NCBI GenBank assembly: GCA_045802765.1
Contig: JBJMQJ010000501.1
Span: 1-32,582 of the forward strand
Source of the DNA: Myxococcales bacterium
GTDB taxonomy: Bacteria; Myxococcota; Myxococcia; Myxococcales; 40CM-4-68-19
Reading direction: 5' to 3'
DNA length: 32,582 nt
Numbering within the stretch: position 1 is the first letter of the stretch; every line of letters begins with the position of its first letter. The notes under the pieces are model-generated. The model was not told the DNA's origin. It did not search any database and saw only the letters and a program-made list of their open reading frames with translations. This document shows, piece after piece, positions 17,018 to 26,830 of this stretch. Made by a program: the position numbers and the translations under genes.

Positions 17018-17422
17018 ATGGACGACAGCTCCGCGACGTTCGAATCGCATCGACCCGCGCTCCTCGCCCTGGCGTACCGGATGTTGGGAGAGATGGCTCG
17101 CGCCGAGGACGTAGTTCAGGGAGCGTGCGCGATCGCACGCCGGACGTTCCTGCGAAACGTCGCGAACGATTCCGCCGAGATGGAGCGCATCGTGCGCGCG
17201 AGCGGGCTCGACTGGACCATCGCGCGACCGCCCCGGCTGACGAACGGGGTGCTCACGCGGGCTTACGGGGTCGCTGACGGCCGGATGCCTCGGGGCGCAG
17301 GTCTCACGATCAGCCGCGCCGACGTCGCGGACTTCCTCCTCGACGAGCTCGAGCATCCCGCGCATATAGGTCGCATCGTGGGCCTCGCCTCGGTCAAGGC
17401 GGCCGTGAGGCGAGCGTCGTGA
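17018..17422 (+). pseudogene. In-frame chimera: ECF sigma (SigJ/ECF41-like) N-terminus fused to the C-terminal half of an NAD(P)H-binding (flavin reductase-like) oxidoreductase
   Basis: FESHRPALLALAYRMLGEMARAEDVVQ is sigma region 2.1. MERIVRASGLDWTIARPPRLTNG...ISRADVADFLLD is the atypical SDR C-terminus. The Rossmann GxxGxxG and sigma regions 2.3-4 are missing. Confidence 0.8.
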
Positions 17423-17478
17423 CCATGTCTCGCGATCGTCGATGAACGGCCGCGGTCGTCCAGGGTACAAGGCGTTCC

Positions 17479-18489
17479 ATGGACATCCTCCACGATGCAC
17501 TCGGGTTCGCGGCGAAGGGTTTCATCGTCTTCGCGACGATCGCAGTCACCCTCTTGTTCTGCGTTGCCGTGCTCCGCCGCAGGCGGCCCCCCGCCTCGTG
17601 GCTGCGCGTCAAGCGGCTCAACCGCCAGATCGAGGCCCTCGGCGATGCTTTGCGCCGGAACACCATGCGCAAGAGCGAGCTCCGGAAGCTGCGCAAGAGC
17701 CGCAAGAAGCTGGAGGCGCCACGGACCGGTGCGAGGCCGAACGTGTTCGTCGTCGAGTTCAAAGGTGACCTCTTCGCGACGGCCGTGAGAAACCTGCGCG
17801 AGGAGGTCACGGCGATCACCGCGGTCGCCGGCAAAGGAGACGAAGTGGTGATCCGCCTCGAGAGCGCCGGCGGCGCCGTTCCCCACTACGGCCTGGCGGC
17901 AGCACAGTTGATCCGGGTGCGGGAGAAGGCGATCAAGCTGACCGTCTGCATCGATCGCATCGCGGCGAGCGGCGGATACATGATGGCTTGCGTCGCGGAC
18001 ACCATCGTCGCCGCCCCCTTCGCGATCATCGGATCGATCGGAGTCGTCGCGCAGGTGCCGAACTTCCACCGTCTCCTCGAGAAACACGACGTCGACTTCC
18101 AGGAGATGACCGCAGGCGAGTTCAAGCGGACGGTCAGCGTTTTCGGCGAGATCACCGAGAGGGGCCGCAAGAAGTTCCAGGAGGAGCTCGAAGACACGCA
18201 CCTGCTCTTCAAGGAGTTCGTCAAGGTGCACCGCCCGAAGCTCGATCTGGAACGAGTATCGACCGGCGAGCACTGGCTCGCGCGGCGCGGACTGGATCTC
18301 GGCCTGGTCGACGAGCTGCGCACGAGCGACGAATATCTGGTCGATCGCGCGGCGGTCGCGAACCTCTACCAGGTGAGCTTCGAGAGGGTCCGCTCGTTGC
18401 GCGAGCGGCTGGGAGCGGCGGCGGCGAAGTCGATGGATCGCTTGTTCGTGAACGTGCTGACCCGCGTGGCGAGCCTCGACCGCATGTGA
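17479..18489 (+). CDS. sohB: Protease SohB (S49 family)
   Basis: N-terminal TM; FKGD...LREEVTAI, RLESAGG..YGLAAAQL, AASGGYMMAC, GSIGVVAQVPNFHRLL, TAGEFKRT. Confidence 0.92.
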   Translation: MDILHDALGFAAKGFIVFATIAVTLLFCVAVLRRRRPPASWLRVKRLNRQIEALGDALRRNTMRKSELRKLRKSRKKLEAPRTGARPNVFVVEFKGDLFATAVRNLREEVTAITAVAGKGDEVVIRLESAGGAVPHYGLAAAQLIRVREKAIKLTVCIDRIAASGGYMMACVADTIVAAPFAIIGSIGVVAQVPNFHRLLEKHDVDFQEMTAGEFKRTVSVFGEITERGRKKFQEELEDTHLLFKEFVKVHRPKLDLERVSTGEHWLARRGLDLGLVDELRTSDEYLVDRAAVANLYQVSFERVRSLRERLGAAAAKSMDRLFVNVLTRVASLDRM

Positions 18490-18577
18490 ACCGAGCTGCA
18501 ACCCGCGCGGGCTTACCTCCGGCTGCGGTCCGCGCTACAAGGTCGCCGGCGGCGCGCGTGCCGCACGAGGAGACGAC

Positions 18578-19015
18578 ATGGCGGTGAAACCGATTCCCGA
18601 CGGATACAGCACCTACACGGCGTACTACGTGGTCGACGGTGCAGCCGAGTTCATCGAGTTCCTCAAGAAGGCCTTCGGCGCGGAGGAGGCGCTCCGGATG
18701 CCTGCACCGGGCGGGAAGATCGGCCACGCCGAGGTGCGGATCGGGAATTCGATGGTGATGCTGGCGGACCCTGGTCCCGAGCATCCAGTCCGGCAGTTCA
18801 ACGGGATGCTCTACGTGAACGACGTCGACTCGGTCTTCAAGACGGCAGTCGCCGCCGGCGCCAAGATCGAGCGCCCACCCGAGAACATGTTCTATGGCGA
18901 CCGCATGGGCGGCGTCATCGACAAGTGGGGCAATCACTGGTGGATCGGGACGCACGTCGAGGACGTCTCGCCCGAAGAGATGAAGCGCCGCATGGCGGCA
19001 CACAAGAAGACGTGA
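18578..19015 (+). CDS. VOC family (PhnB/glyoxalase-like) protein
   Basis: VKPIPDGY, HAEVRIGNSMVMLAD, MFYGDR, DKWGNHWWIGTHVED; GAGGAG SD. Confidence 0.9.
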   Translation: MAVKPIPDGYSTYTAYYVVDGAAEFIEFLKKAFGAEEALRMPAPGGKIGHAEVRIGNSMVMLADPGPEHPVRQFNGMLYVNDVDSVFKTAVAAGAKIERPPENMFYGDRMGGVIDKWGNHWWIGTHVEDVSPEEMKRRMAAHKKT

Positions 19016-19017
19016 CG

Positions 19018-19035
19018 ATCGGCGCGCCGGCCGAT
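19018..19035. terminator. Short hairpin between convergent VOC and CocE genes
   Basis: ATCGGC-GCGCCG-GCCGAT inverted repeat filling the 22-nt spacer; no U-tract. Confidence 0.3.
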
Positions 19036-19037
19036 GG

Positions 19038-20873
19038 CTAGCGGCGCACGGGAATCGCGAGCTCCACCTTGCCGAGCCTCGTCAGCGACGGGACGCGGCT
19101 CGGCTCGATGTACGGACTGTCCACGTTGGTGATCTCGAGGCGGAGGACGTCGGCCTGAGCGGCTTCCCAGAGGTTGCCGTAGGAGGTGATCGTCAGCTTC
19201 CGGTGCCCGATCGGCTGGAGAGGATTTCCGGTATCGACGGTGAAGGTCCCTCGCGTGACCAGGTGCTCGGTACCGTCGGCCTCGACGTCGAAGAGGCGAA
19301 CGTTCAGCTGCTCGCGAGACGCCGTGGTCGAGATCGAGACCGTCACCGCGGGTTGCCCCGCGATGAGCAGCGCCGAGCCGTTGGCCAGGTCGGCGACTCG
19401 CACCTCGTAGCGCGCCACGTCTCCCGGGATCGCGTCGGGCGGTGGCGGCGGCGGGCTGGGTTGCAGCGACTCGGCGCCCGCCATGACCAGCGGATCGAAG
19501 AACGCGCCGCTCGGGTTCGCCGGATTGTAGGTGAGGATCTCACCGCCGGGGAAATCGTGCGCGACGGAGCCGTTCGCGAGGTCGTCGTAGGTGGGAACGC
19601 GGACGACGTCGCCCGGGTTGAACGGCTGATCGCGGACGCGCGTGAGGGCGGCCTGTACGTCCAGGGCAGGCTGGACGCACGTGGCCGACGCCACCCCTTT
19701 GCACTTCAAATAGAACTCGAACCACCGGCGGATCTGATCCGACACGAAATCGACCTCGCCTTGCTTGTTCCTCGCTCTCGGATGTCCCAGGTCGCCGAGA
19801 TAGAGCGCGATCGGGTAGCTGGCGTCGATCGAGCGGAGCGTCCGGTACATCCGCAGGGCCTCCGGCACTGGGAACAGGTCGTCCGTCCACCCTTGGATCT
19901 GGAACACGGGCAAGGGAGGCTGCCGATCCGGATTCTGCGGATCGGCGTTCTGGATCACCTGCTTCCAGAACCGTTTCTGCCACCAGATCGAGCGATAGCC
20001 CGCGACCGCGTCGACGATCTGCGATCCGATGGGCGGGTCGTCGTTCGGCTCGGTGCCGAGGAGGTATTGATTCCAGACGAAGAGATAATCGGGGTAGTTC
20101 GGATACGGGCGCGCCGGAGATCTGCGGATGCCGGAGAAGAACAGGCCTTCGGTGAAGCTCGATTTGAACCCGCCCGGGACGTCGATCGAATTTTGCGGGA
20201 TGCCGTTCGGGCGCAGCGAGTAGAGCAGATCGGTCGCCGGCACGATCGGGACGATGGTGCGGATGCGCACCTGACCGCCTCCAGGATCGGCCGTGAACGT
20301 CGGCTCGACCGCGGCGAGCCAGGACTGGATGCCGCCGTAGGACGCGCCGAACACGCCCACCGCGTCGGCGTCGGCCTGCAGGCTGGGATCGTTCGTCACC
20401 TGGCTGATCATGCTGCGCAGGTCCCGGATCTCGACGTTCAGGTCGGCGAGGTTGACCTGCCCCCACGAATCTCCGAAGCCGCGCGCGGAATAGCGCAGCA
20501 CGGTGAAACCGGTGTCGGCGAGCTTGTCGACATCGCCCACGGAGCTGTTCTTGCTGCCGCCGTATCCGTGCAGCGAGACGACCAGCGGATGCGGCCCCGT
20601 CCCGCCCGTCGCGCTCTGCGGCACCCTGACCGTCACGTCGAGCTGGGTCCCGTCGAAGCTCGCCAGAAAACCGCTGCACGTCTTCGCCGTCGGCGCTGGC
20701 GGAGCATCGCACGAGAGCCCGCCCGGCGGCGTGCCCGGCCCGGTGAAGAGTCCGGTCCGGTTGGTATCGGGGCCGAACGTTCGCGATGGCGCGCTCGTCT
20801 GAGCGCGGCCAGCCGCCATCGGTGCCGCCGTCATCAGGAGCAATGCGATCACCGCGTGATTCAGGAGACGCAC
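19038..20873 (-). CDS. Secreted CocE/NonD family (S15) serine hydrolase
   Basis: Signal peptide; HGYGG, ARGFGDS, nucleophile GASYGG, QGWTDDLFP, LGHPR; C-terminal jelly-roll (IAGQP, RLFDV). Confidence 0.85.
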   Translation of the reverse strand: MRLLNHAVIALLLMTAAPMAAGRAQTSAPSRTFGPDTNRTGLFTGPGTPPGGLSCDAPPAPTAKTCSGFLASFDGTQLDVTVRVPQSATGGTGPHPLVVSLHGYGGSKNSSVGDVDKLADTGFTVLRYSARGFGDSWGQVNLADLNVEIRDLRSMISQVTNDPSLQADADAVGVFGASYGGIQSWLAAVEPTFTADPGGGQVRIRTIVPIVPATDLLYSLRPNGIPQNSIDVPGGFKSSFTEGLFFSGIRRSPARPYPNYPDYLFVWNQYLLGTEPNDDPPIGSQIVDAVAGYRSIWWQKRFWKQVIQNADPQNPDRQPPLPVFQIQGWTDDLFPVPEALRMYRTLRSIDASYPIALYLGDLGHPRARNKQGEVDFVSDQIRRWFEFYLKCKGVASATCVQPALDVQAALTRVRDQPFNPGDVVRVPTYDDLANGSVAHDFPGGEILTYNPANPSGAFFDPLVMAGAESLQPSPPPPPPDAIPGDVARYEVRVADLANGSALLIAGQPAVTVSISTTASREQLNVRLFDVEADGTEHLVTRGTFTVDTGNPLQPIGHRKLTITSYGNLWEAAQADVLRLEITNVDSPYIEPSRVPSLTRLGKVELAIPVRR

Positions 20874-21038
20874 AGCCTGTCCACCGCCCGCTCGGGAGGC
20901 GCTCGTTCACCTCGACCGCGCAGATCTATGCATCGCCAACCATCGGGGCGATGAGGCCAGCGCGGTCCTCACTCGTACGCCGGTAGACGGAGCAAGCTGA
21001 GCGCCGGGCCGCCAGGCATCGCAGACGACGCCGCCCGG

Positions 21039-21101
21039 TTATTCGACCGGCTCCATCCCCATCGCTTCGCAGGAATGGCCGTCCGGGTCGTAGCGCATCA
21101 T
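21039..21101 (-). pseudogene. Mini-ORF resembling the C-terminal tail of a VOC/glyoxalase protein
   Basis: MMRYDPDGHSCEAMGMEPVE* resembles the VOC tail DPDGHxWExxWMDP. Its ATG overlaps the permease stop (ATGA). Confidence 0.45.
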
Positions 21102-22336
21102 TCGTGCCGCAGCGCCTCGATGGGGTCGAGGCGCGCCGCCCGCCGCGCGGGATAGAACCCGAAGAATACGCCCACTGCAACCGAGACCGCCGGCGCCAGC
21201 GCGAGCGCCCCGATCGGCACCGTCACCTGCCACCCCAGGACGTAGCCGAGGACAGCGCATCCCGTGGCGCCGAGCAGCAGCCCGAAGACCCCGCCGAACA
21301 GAGTGAGCAGGATCGCTTCTCCGAGGAACTGGAGCTGTACCGCGCCGTCGGTCGCTCCCACCGCCAGCCGCAGCCCGATTTCGCGCGTCCGCTCGGCGAC
21401 GGAAACGAGCATCACGTTCATCACGCCGATGCCGCCCACCACCAGGGCGATCGAGGCGACGGCGAGGAGCAGCGCCGCGAGCGTATGGCTGGTCTCGATC
21501 TGCGCCTTGATGATCTCGTCGGGGCGGCGGACGTTGAAGTCGTCCTCCTCGCCGCGCTGGATCCGATGCCTCTGCCGGAGGAGCGCGATGATCTGATCGA
21601 TGGCGGGGTTGACAGCTTCGGGGGAAACGGCGGACCCGACGATGTCGTCGAGCCACGTCTGGTTGCGGCCGCGGAGCTTCTTCTGCGCGGTCGTCCAAGG
21701 CAGGAGGACGGTATCGTCCTGGTCCTGGCCAGTCCCCGACTGACCTTTGCGCGCCAGCACGCCGGTGACCGTCAGGAGATGTGAACCGGCGCGGATCGCC
21801 TGTCCGACCGGATCGGCGTCGCCAAAGAGCTGCTGCCGCACCGTCTCGCCGATGAGGCAAACGCTCGAGACGCGCCGGACGTCCTCTTCCGTGTACGGCG
21901 CGCCTTCCGCCACCTGCCATCGTTTGATGTCCAGGTAGTCGGGACCGACGCCGCGGTAGTGCGTGCGCCAGTTGCGCTCGCGGAAGACGACTTGCAAGCT
22001 CCCGTCGACGTTCGGGGTCAGCCGCTTCATCAGGGGCACGTCGCGCAGGATCGCCTCGGCGTCGTCGAGGGTGAGGCTGGTGGTGCCGTGCGTCCCGGTG
22101 CGCACGCCGCTGGGCGCCCGGGAACCCGCCTCGATCCAGACGAAGTTGTCACCCAGGCTGCGCAGCTGCTCCTCGGCCCGCCGCGAGCCCGCGCGTCCAA
22201 TGGCGACGACGCAAACCACCGCCGCGATTCCGATCATGATCGCCACGGCGGCGAGCGCGCTCCTCAGCTTGTTGCGGGCCAACGCGCGGAACGCCTCGAC
22301 GCAGAAGAGCGCGGTCGTCGCCTCGAGCGTCGGCAT
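21098..22336 (-). CDS. MacB/FtsX-like ABC transporter permease
   Basis: RNKLRSAL, periplasmic domain, VGGIGVMNVMLVSVAERTREIGLRLAVGA, FGFYPARRAARLDPIEALRHE. Confidence 0.93.
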   Translation of the reverse strand: MPTLEATTALFCVEAFRALARNKLRSALAAVAIMIGIAAVVCVVAIGRAGSRRAEEQLRSLGDNFVWIEAGSRAPSGVRTGTHGTTSLTLDDAEAILRDVPLMKRLTPNVDGSLQVVFRERNWRTHYRGVGPDYLDIKRWQVAEGAPYTEEDVRRVSSVCLIGETVRQQLFGDADPVGQAIRAGSHLLTVTGVLARKGQSGTGQDQDDTVLLPWTTAQKKLRGRNQTWLDDIVGSAVSPEAVNPAIDQIIALLRQRHRIQRGEEDDFNVRRPDEIIKAQIETSHTLAALLLAVASIALVVGGIGVMNVMLVSVAERTREIGLRLAVGATDGAVQLQFLGEAILLTLFGGVFGLLLGATGCAVLGYVLGWQVTVPIGALALAPAVSVAVGVFFGFYPARRAARLDPIEALRHE

Positions 22337-22369
22337 CGGGCAGATGTGTAGAGGCGCACCCGGGCGGAG

Positions 22370-23143
22370 TCAAAGCCTCGAGAGCCAATCCGGCATCCAG
22401 GCGACGCGGAAGCTGGGATGTACCAGGCGGCCGGGAAAGGCCGTCAGCTCGGCCACGAGCTCGACGCCCTGCTTCGCGAGCAGCCGTACACCCGCGCCGA
22501 GCACGGGATTGGTGGTGCGGCTGGTGAGCTCGTATCCGTCGCTCGTGACGCGGAAGATTCCCACCGCCCGCGTAAGGCCGATGCTCGCGTATGGCGTGAC
22601 GCTCCCGGGCGCGAAATCGAAGCGGTAGCCGGCGGCTGCGTTCGCGCCGAGCTCGAAATTGTCCAAGGTGTCGCGCGTGGCGGGTTCGGTGACCGGGCCC
22701 ATCGAACGGGCAAGCAGGACATGCCCGTGCAGGGCGACGGCGAGCGGGCCGGGCGCATAGGCCATCTCCGCCTCGAGCGCGGCGAAGTGCGAGCTGACGT
22801 CTCCCAGCCGGATGGGCGGGATGTAGGCGATTCCGACCGACGCGCGGAAGCCCTCCGGAGCGGGAAGCCCCAGCGCCACCCGCAGCCGAGGGAAGATCGG
22901 CGTCCGATCGGAGGCGGTGATCTGACGCTTGCCGCCCGTCGTGCCGTCGATCGGCGGAATTACGATGACCTCGACGCCGAGGCTGAGATCGCGGTTGCGA
23001 TAGGCCCCTGGCGCGTTCAGCGATCCCATGTCCACCAGCAGCGAGTGGACCTCGATCAGGCGCTCTTCCTGGTCGAGCATCGTCTGCGCGCGCGCCCCCG
23101 CCGCCGCTGCGAGCACCAGGCAGGCGACGGCTGGCCGTCTCAT
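22370..23143 (-). CDS. Secreted hypothetical protein, putative outer-membrane beta-barrel
   Basis: Signal peptide MRRPAVACLVLAAAAGARA-Q; many amphipathic strands (GYRF, TPYASIG, GAGVRL); ATGA-coupled to the upstream gene. Confidence 0.7.
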   Translation of the reverse strand: MRRPAVACLVLAAAAGARAQTMLDQEERLIEVHSLLVDMGSLNAPGAYRNRDLSLGVEVIVIPPIDGTTGGKRQITASDRTPIFPRLRVALGLPAPEGFRASVGIAYIPPIRLGDVSSHFAALEAEMAYAPGPLAVALHGHVLLARSMGPVTEPATRDTLDNFELGANAAAGYRFDFAPGSVTPYASIGLTRAVGIFRVTSDGYELTSRTTNPVLGAGVRLLAKQGVELVAELTAFPGRLVHPSFRVAWMPDWLSRL

Positions 23144-24249
23144 CGCGCTGGCGCGCGCGCCAGACCGGTGAGGAAAACTCCGGCGGCGTCGAATCCCGCG
23201 TAGTACATGGTCCACGTCGAGCCGTCGAGGAAGACCGAGGGCGTGGTGAGGCCGCCCGAGTCGAACGCGCTTCCCGCGCCCTGCGAGACCGCCTCGCCCG
23301 ACCCGCCCGGCTGCGGGATCTTCACCCAGGTGAGGCCGTCGTTCGATTCCGCATAGCCGATGACGCCCCGGCTCGGCCCGCCGAAAGCTCCCGGCGCCTG
23401 GCAACCGCGGTACCACATCCGGTACAGCTGATCGCGCTCCTTCACCACCGTGGGCTGGTACGCGCACGCGATATCGAAGGTTCCCAGCGTGCCCAGGTCG
23501 AGGATGGCGCCTCCCGTGAGCTTGCCCGGGACCTTGGTCCAGGTGCGCGCATCGCTCGAGACCGCCAGCGCCACGCGCCAGAAGTTCTGCGCGTCGTTCG
23601 CCGAGTAGAACATCTTGTATTCGGCGCCGTCCTTGAGGACCCAGACGTAGCCGACCTGCTGGGCGTCGATCGATCCGGCCGGCCCGAGGGGAAGCACGCT
23701 GCCGTCCGGACCTGGCCCGTCGTACAAGCGCGTCCAGTGAATCCCGTCGGGGGATTCGGCGTAGCCGATGCGCCGGTCGTTGGCGAGCGTGCCGGTCGGA
23801 CAATTGAACGGTTGGGTGCTGCCGTTGTACCACATGCGGTAGATCGCGCCGTCCTTGAGAACGAACGGCCGGTAGGTGAGGTACGAGTCGAACCTGTCGC
23901 TGGCGCCGTTGTCGAGGATGGACCCTCCTCTCTCGGCACCCGGGACGCGGGTCCAATTCACCCCGTCGGTGGATTGCGCCAGGCCGATGCGCCAGTGCGC
24001 GCTGTTGATGCCCGCGCAACTTCCGAACGTGTCGGCGCCGCCGTAATACAGCTTGTAGACGTCTCCGTCCTTGAACGCCCGGACGGTGAAGTTACCGCGT
24101 TCGTCGAACGTCCCCGCGGCTCCGAATCCCAGCACGGAGCCGTTGGGCCCGGGTCCGGGCACCTTCTGCCATTCGAGCGGCGAGAGACCCGCGGTGCTCG
24201 CCGAGCAGCCCGCGAGGATGAGCGCGGAGACGGTCGCGAGTTTGCGCAC
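23140..24249 (-). CDS. Five-bladed beta-propeller lipoprotein (GH43/GH32/GH130-like fold)
   Basis: Lipobox LILAGC; five repeats of Y(K/R)M(W/Y)Y.G...IG.A.S.DG..W(T/V)(R/K), the last one truncated. Confidence 0.8.
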   Translation of the reverse strand: MRKLATVSALILAGCSASTAGLSPLEWQKVPGPGPNGSVLGFGAAGTFDERGNFTVRAFKDGDVYKLYYGGADTFGSCAGINSAHWRIGLAQSTDGVNWTRVPGAERGGSILDNGASDRFDSYLTYRPFVLKDGAIYRMWYNGSTQPFNCPTGTLANDRRIGYAESPDGIHWTRLYDGPGPDGSVLPLGPAGSIDAQQVGYVWVLKDGAEYKMFYSANDAQNFWRVALAVSSDARTWTKVPGKLTGGAILDLGTLGTFDIACAYQPTVVKERDQLYRMWYRGCQAPGAFGGPSRGVIGYAESNDGLTWVKIPQPGGSGEAVSQGAGSAFDSGGLTTPSVFLDGSTWTMYYAGFDAAGVFLTGLARAPAR

Positions 24250-24252
24250 CGC

Positions 24253-24612
24253 TCAGTACCCGTTCCCGGGCGCCAGGATGTTGATGCTTCCCTGGAACGC
24301 GGCTGCGGACGGGTTGAGCGTGTCGCTGAAATCGCAGTCCCTGGGGCCCGCCGGAAGCGTCGCCGTGGCGTTGGCGCCGGGAGTCAGTACCGGCGTCGCG
24401 ACCCCCGGGCAGTTGGTGGAGCCGATCTGGTGATTGACGGCGTCGTTATTGACGAAGCGCAAGGTCGCCTGGGACAGAGCAGAAAACTGCTTCGGGTTCG
24501 GCCCCGCCGCAGTCAGGGTGACGTCGAGAGGGCCTGACGGCGTTCCTCCACCCGATCCTCCGCAGGCGGAGATGAAAGCGGACGTGACGACGATCAGGAT
24601 CGCGGTACGCAT
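24253..24612 (-). CDS. Small cupredoxin-like lipoprotein
   Basis: AAAGGA SD; lipobox FISAC + Gly linker; PNP..., LRFVNNDAVNHQI, LTPG, FQGSINI pattern of plastocyanin-like folds. Confidence 0.65.
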   Translation of the reverse strand: MRTAILIVVTSAFISACGGSGGGTPSGPLDVTLTAAGPNPKQFSALSQATLRFVNNDAVNHQIGSTNCPGVATPVLTPGANATATLPAGPRDCDFSDTLNPSAAAFQGSINILAPGNGY

Positions 24613-24697
24613 GGTCGTTCCTTTCGGCCCGAAACGCCCCCGTGGACATGCTAGCGGGCGGCGCGGTTAAAACAAGACCGAGGTTGGATACAGCCGT

Positions 24698-24711
24698 CCG
24701 ACAGATGTCGG
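24698..24711. promoter_or_regulatory. Palindromic operator candidate upstream of the alcohol dehydrogenase
   Basis: CCGACA-GA-TGTCGG inverted repeat; second hairpin GTGCGAC/GTCGCAC at 24723-24747 just before the AGGAGG SD. Confidence 0.4.
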
Positions 24712-24761
24712 GCTCCTCCGACGTGCGACCGGCATCGAACGTCGCACACAGGAGGGTCCGC

Positions 24762-25784
24762 ATGCCGAGGACGATGAGAGCCGTCGAGATCACCAAGCCG
24801 GGATCGCCGTTCAGGCTGGTCGAGAGACCGCTCCCCGAAGCGGGGCGTGGACAGGTGCGGATCGCCGTCGAGGCGTGCGGCATCTGTCACTCGGACGCGT
24901 TCGTCCGGGAAGGTCACTTCCCCGGCGTCTCGTACCCGCGGGTCCCCGGGCACGAAGTCGTGGGCCGCATCGACGCGGTCGGCGAGGGCGTGACCGGCTG
25001 GAAGGCAGGCCAGCGGGTCGGGGTCGGCTGGCACGGTGGCCACGACAACGTCTGCGATGCCTGCCGCGCGGGAGACTTCATCCTCTGCCGGAACGGGCTC
25101 ATCTGCGGCTTCAGCTACGACGGCGGATACGCCGACTACATGGTGGCGCCGCAGGAGGCGCTCGCCGCCGTGCCCGACGCGCTCGATTCGACCGGCGCCG
25201 CGCCGCTGCTCTGCGCCGGCGTCACGACCTTCAACTCCCTCCGGAACAGCGGGGCGCGCGGCGGGGACCTCGTCGCCGTGCACGCCATCGGCGGTCTCGG
25301 GCACCTGGGAATCCAGTACGCGCGCAAGCTGGGTTTCCGCACCGTCGCCCTCTCGCGTGGCGCGGACAAGCGCGCCTTGGCGCTCGAGCTGGGCGCGCAC
25401 GAGTACATCGACACCGACAAGGGCGACCCCGCCGCCGCGCTGCAGGGCCTCGGCGGAGCGAAGGTGATCCTGGCTACCGCTCCGAGCGCCCAGCTCGCGG
25501 GCAAGCTGGTCGACGGACTTGCCCGGAACGGCACGCTGATCGTCCTGGGGGCGACTACCGAGCCCATCCAGGTCAGCCCGTTGCAGCTCATCGGCGCGCG
25601 CCGGCGCATCCAGGGATGGCCGAGCGGCACCGCCAAGGACTCGGAGGAGACGCTCGCCTTCAGCGCGCTCTCGGGCGTGACCTCGCGCAACGAGGTCTTC
25701 CCGCTGGAGAAGGCGGAGGAGGCGTACCAGCTCATGCTGAGCAACAAGGCGCGGTTCCGCGTCGTGCTCCAGCTCCGGAGGTAG
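24762..25784 (+). CDS. Zinc-dependent alcohol dehydrogenase (AdhP/CAD-like)
   Basis: CGICHSD, GHE, CDACRAGDFILC, PLLCAGVT, GGLGHLG. Confidence 0.93.
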   Translation: MPRTMRAVEITKPGSPFRLVERPLPEAGRGQVRIAVEACGICHSDAFVREGHFPGVSYPRVPGHEVVGRIDAVGEGVTGWKAGQRVGVGWHGGHDNVCDACRAGDFILCRNGLICGFSYDGGYADYMVAPQEALAAVPDALDSTGAAPLLCAGVTTFNSLRNSGARGGDLVAVHAIGGLGHLGIQYARKLGFRTVALSRGADKRALALELGAHEYIDTDKGDPAAALQGLGGAKVILATAPSAQLAGKLVDGLARNGTLIVLGATTEPIQVSPLQLIGARRRIQGWPSGTAKDSEETLAFSALSGVTSRNEVFPLEKAEEAYQLMLSNKARFRVVLQLRR

Positions 25785-25804
25785 CCGCGGGATCGTCCGG
25801 CTGC

Positions 25805-26826
<1,022 letters not shown>

Positions 26827-26830
<4 letters not shown>

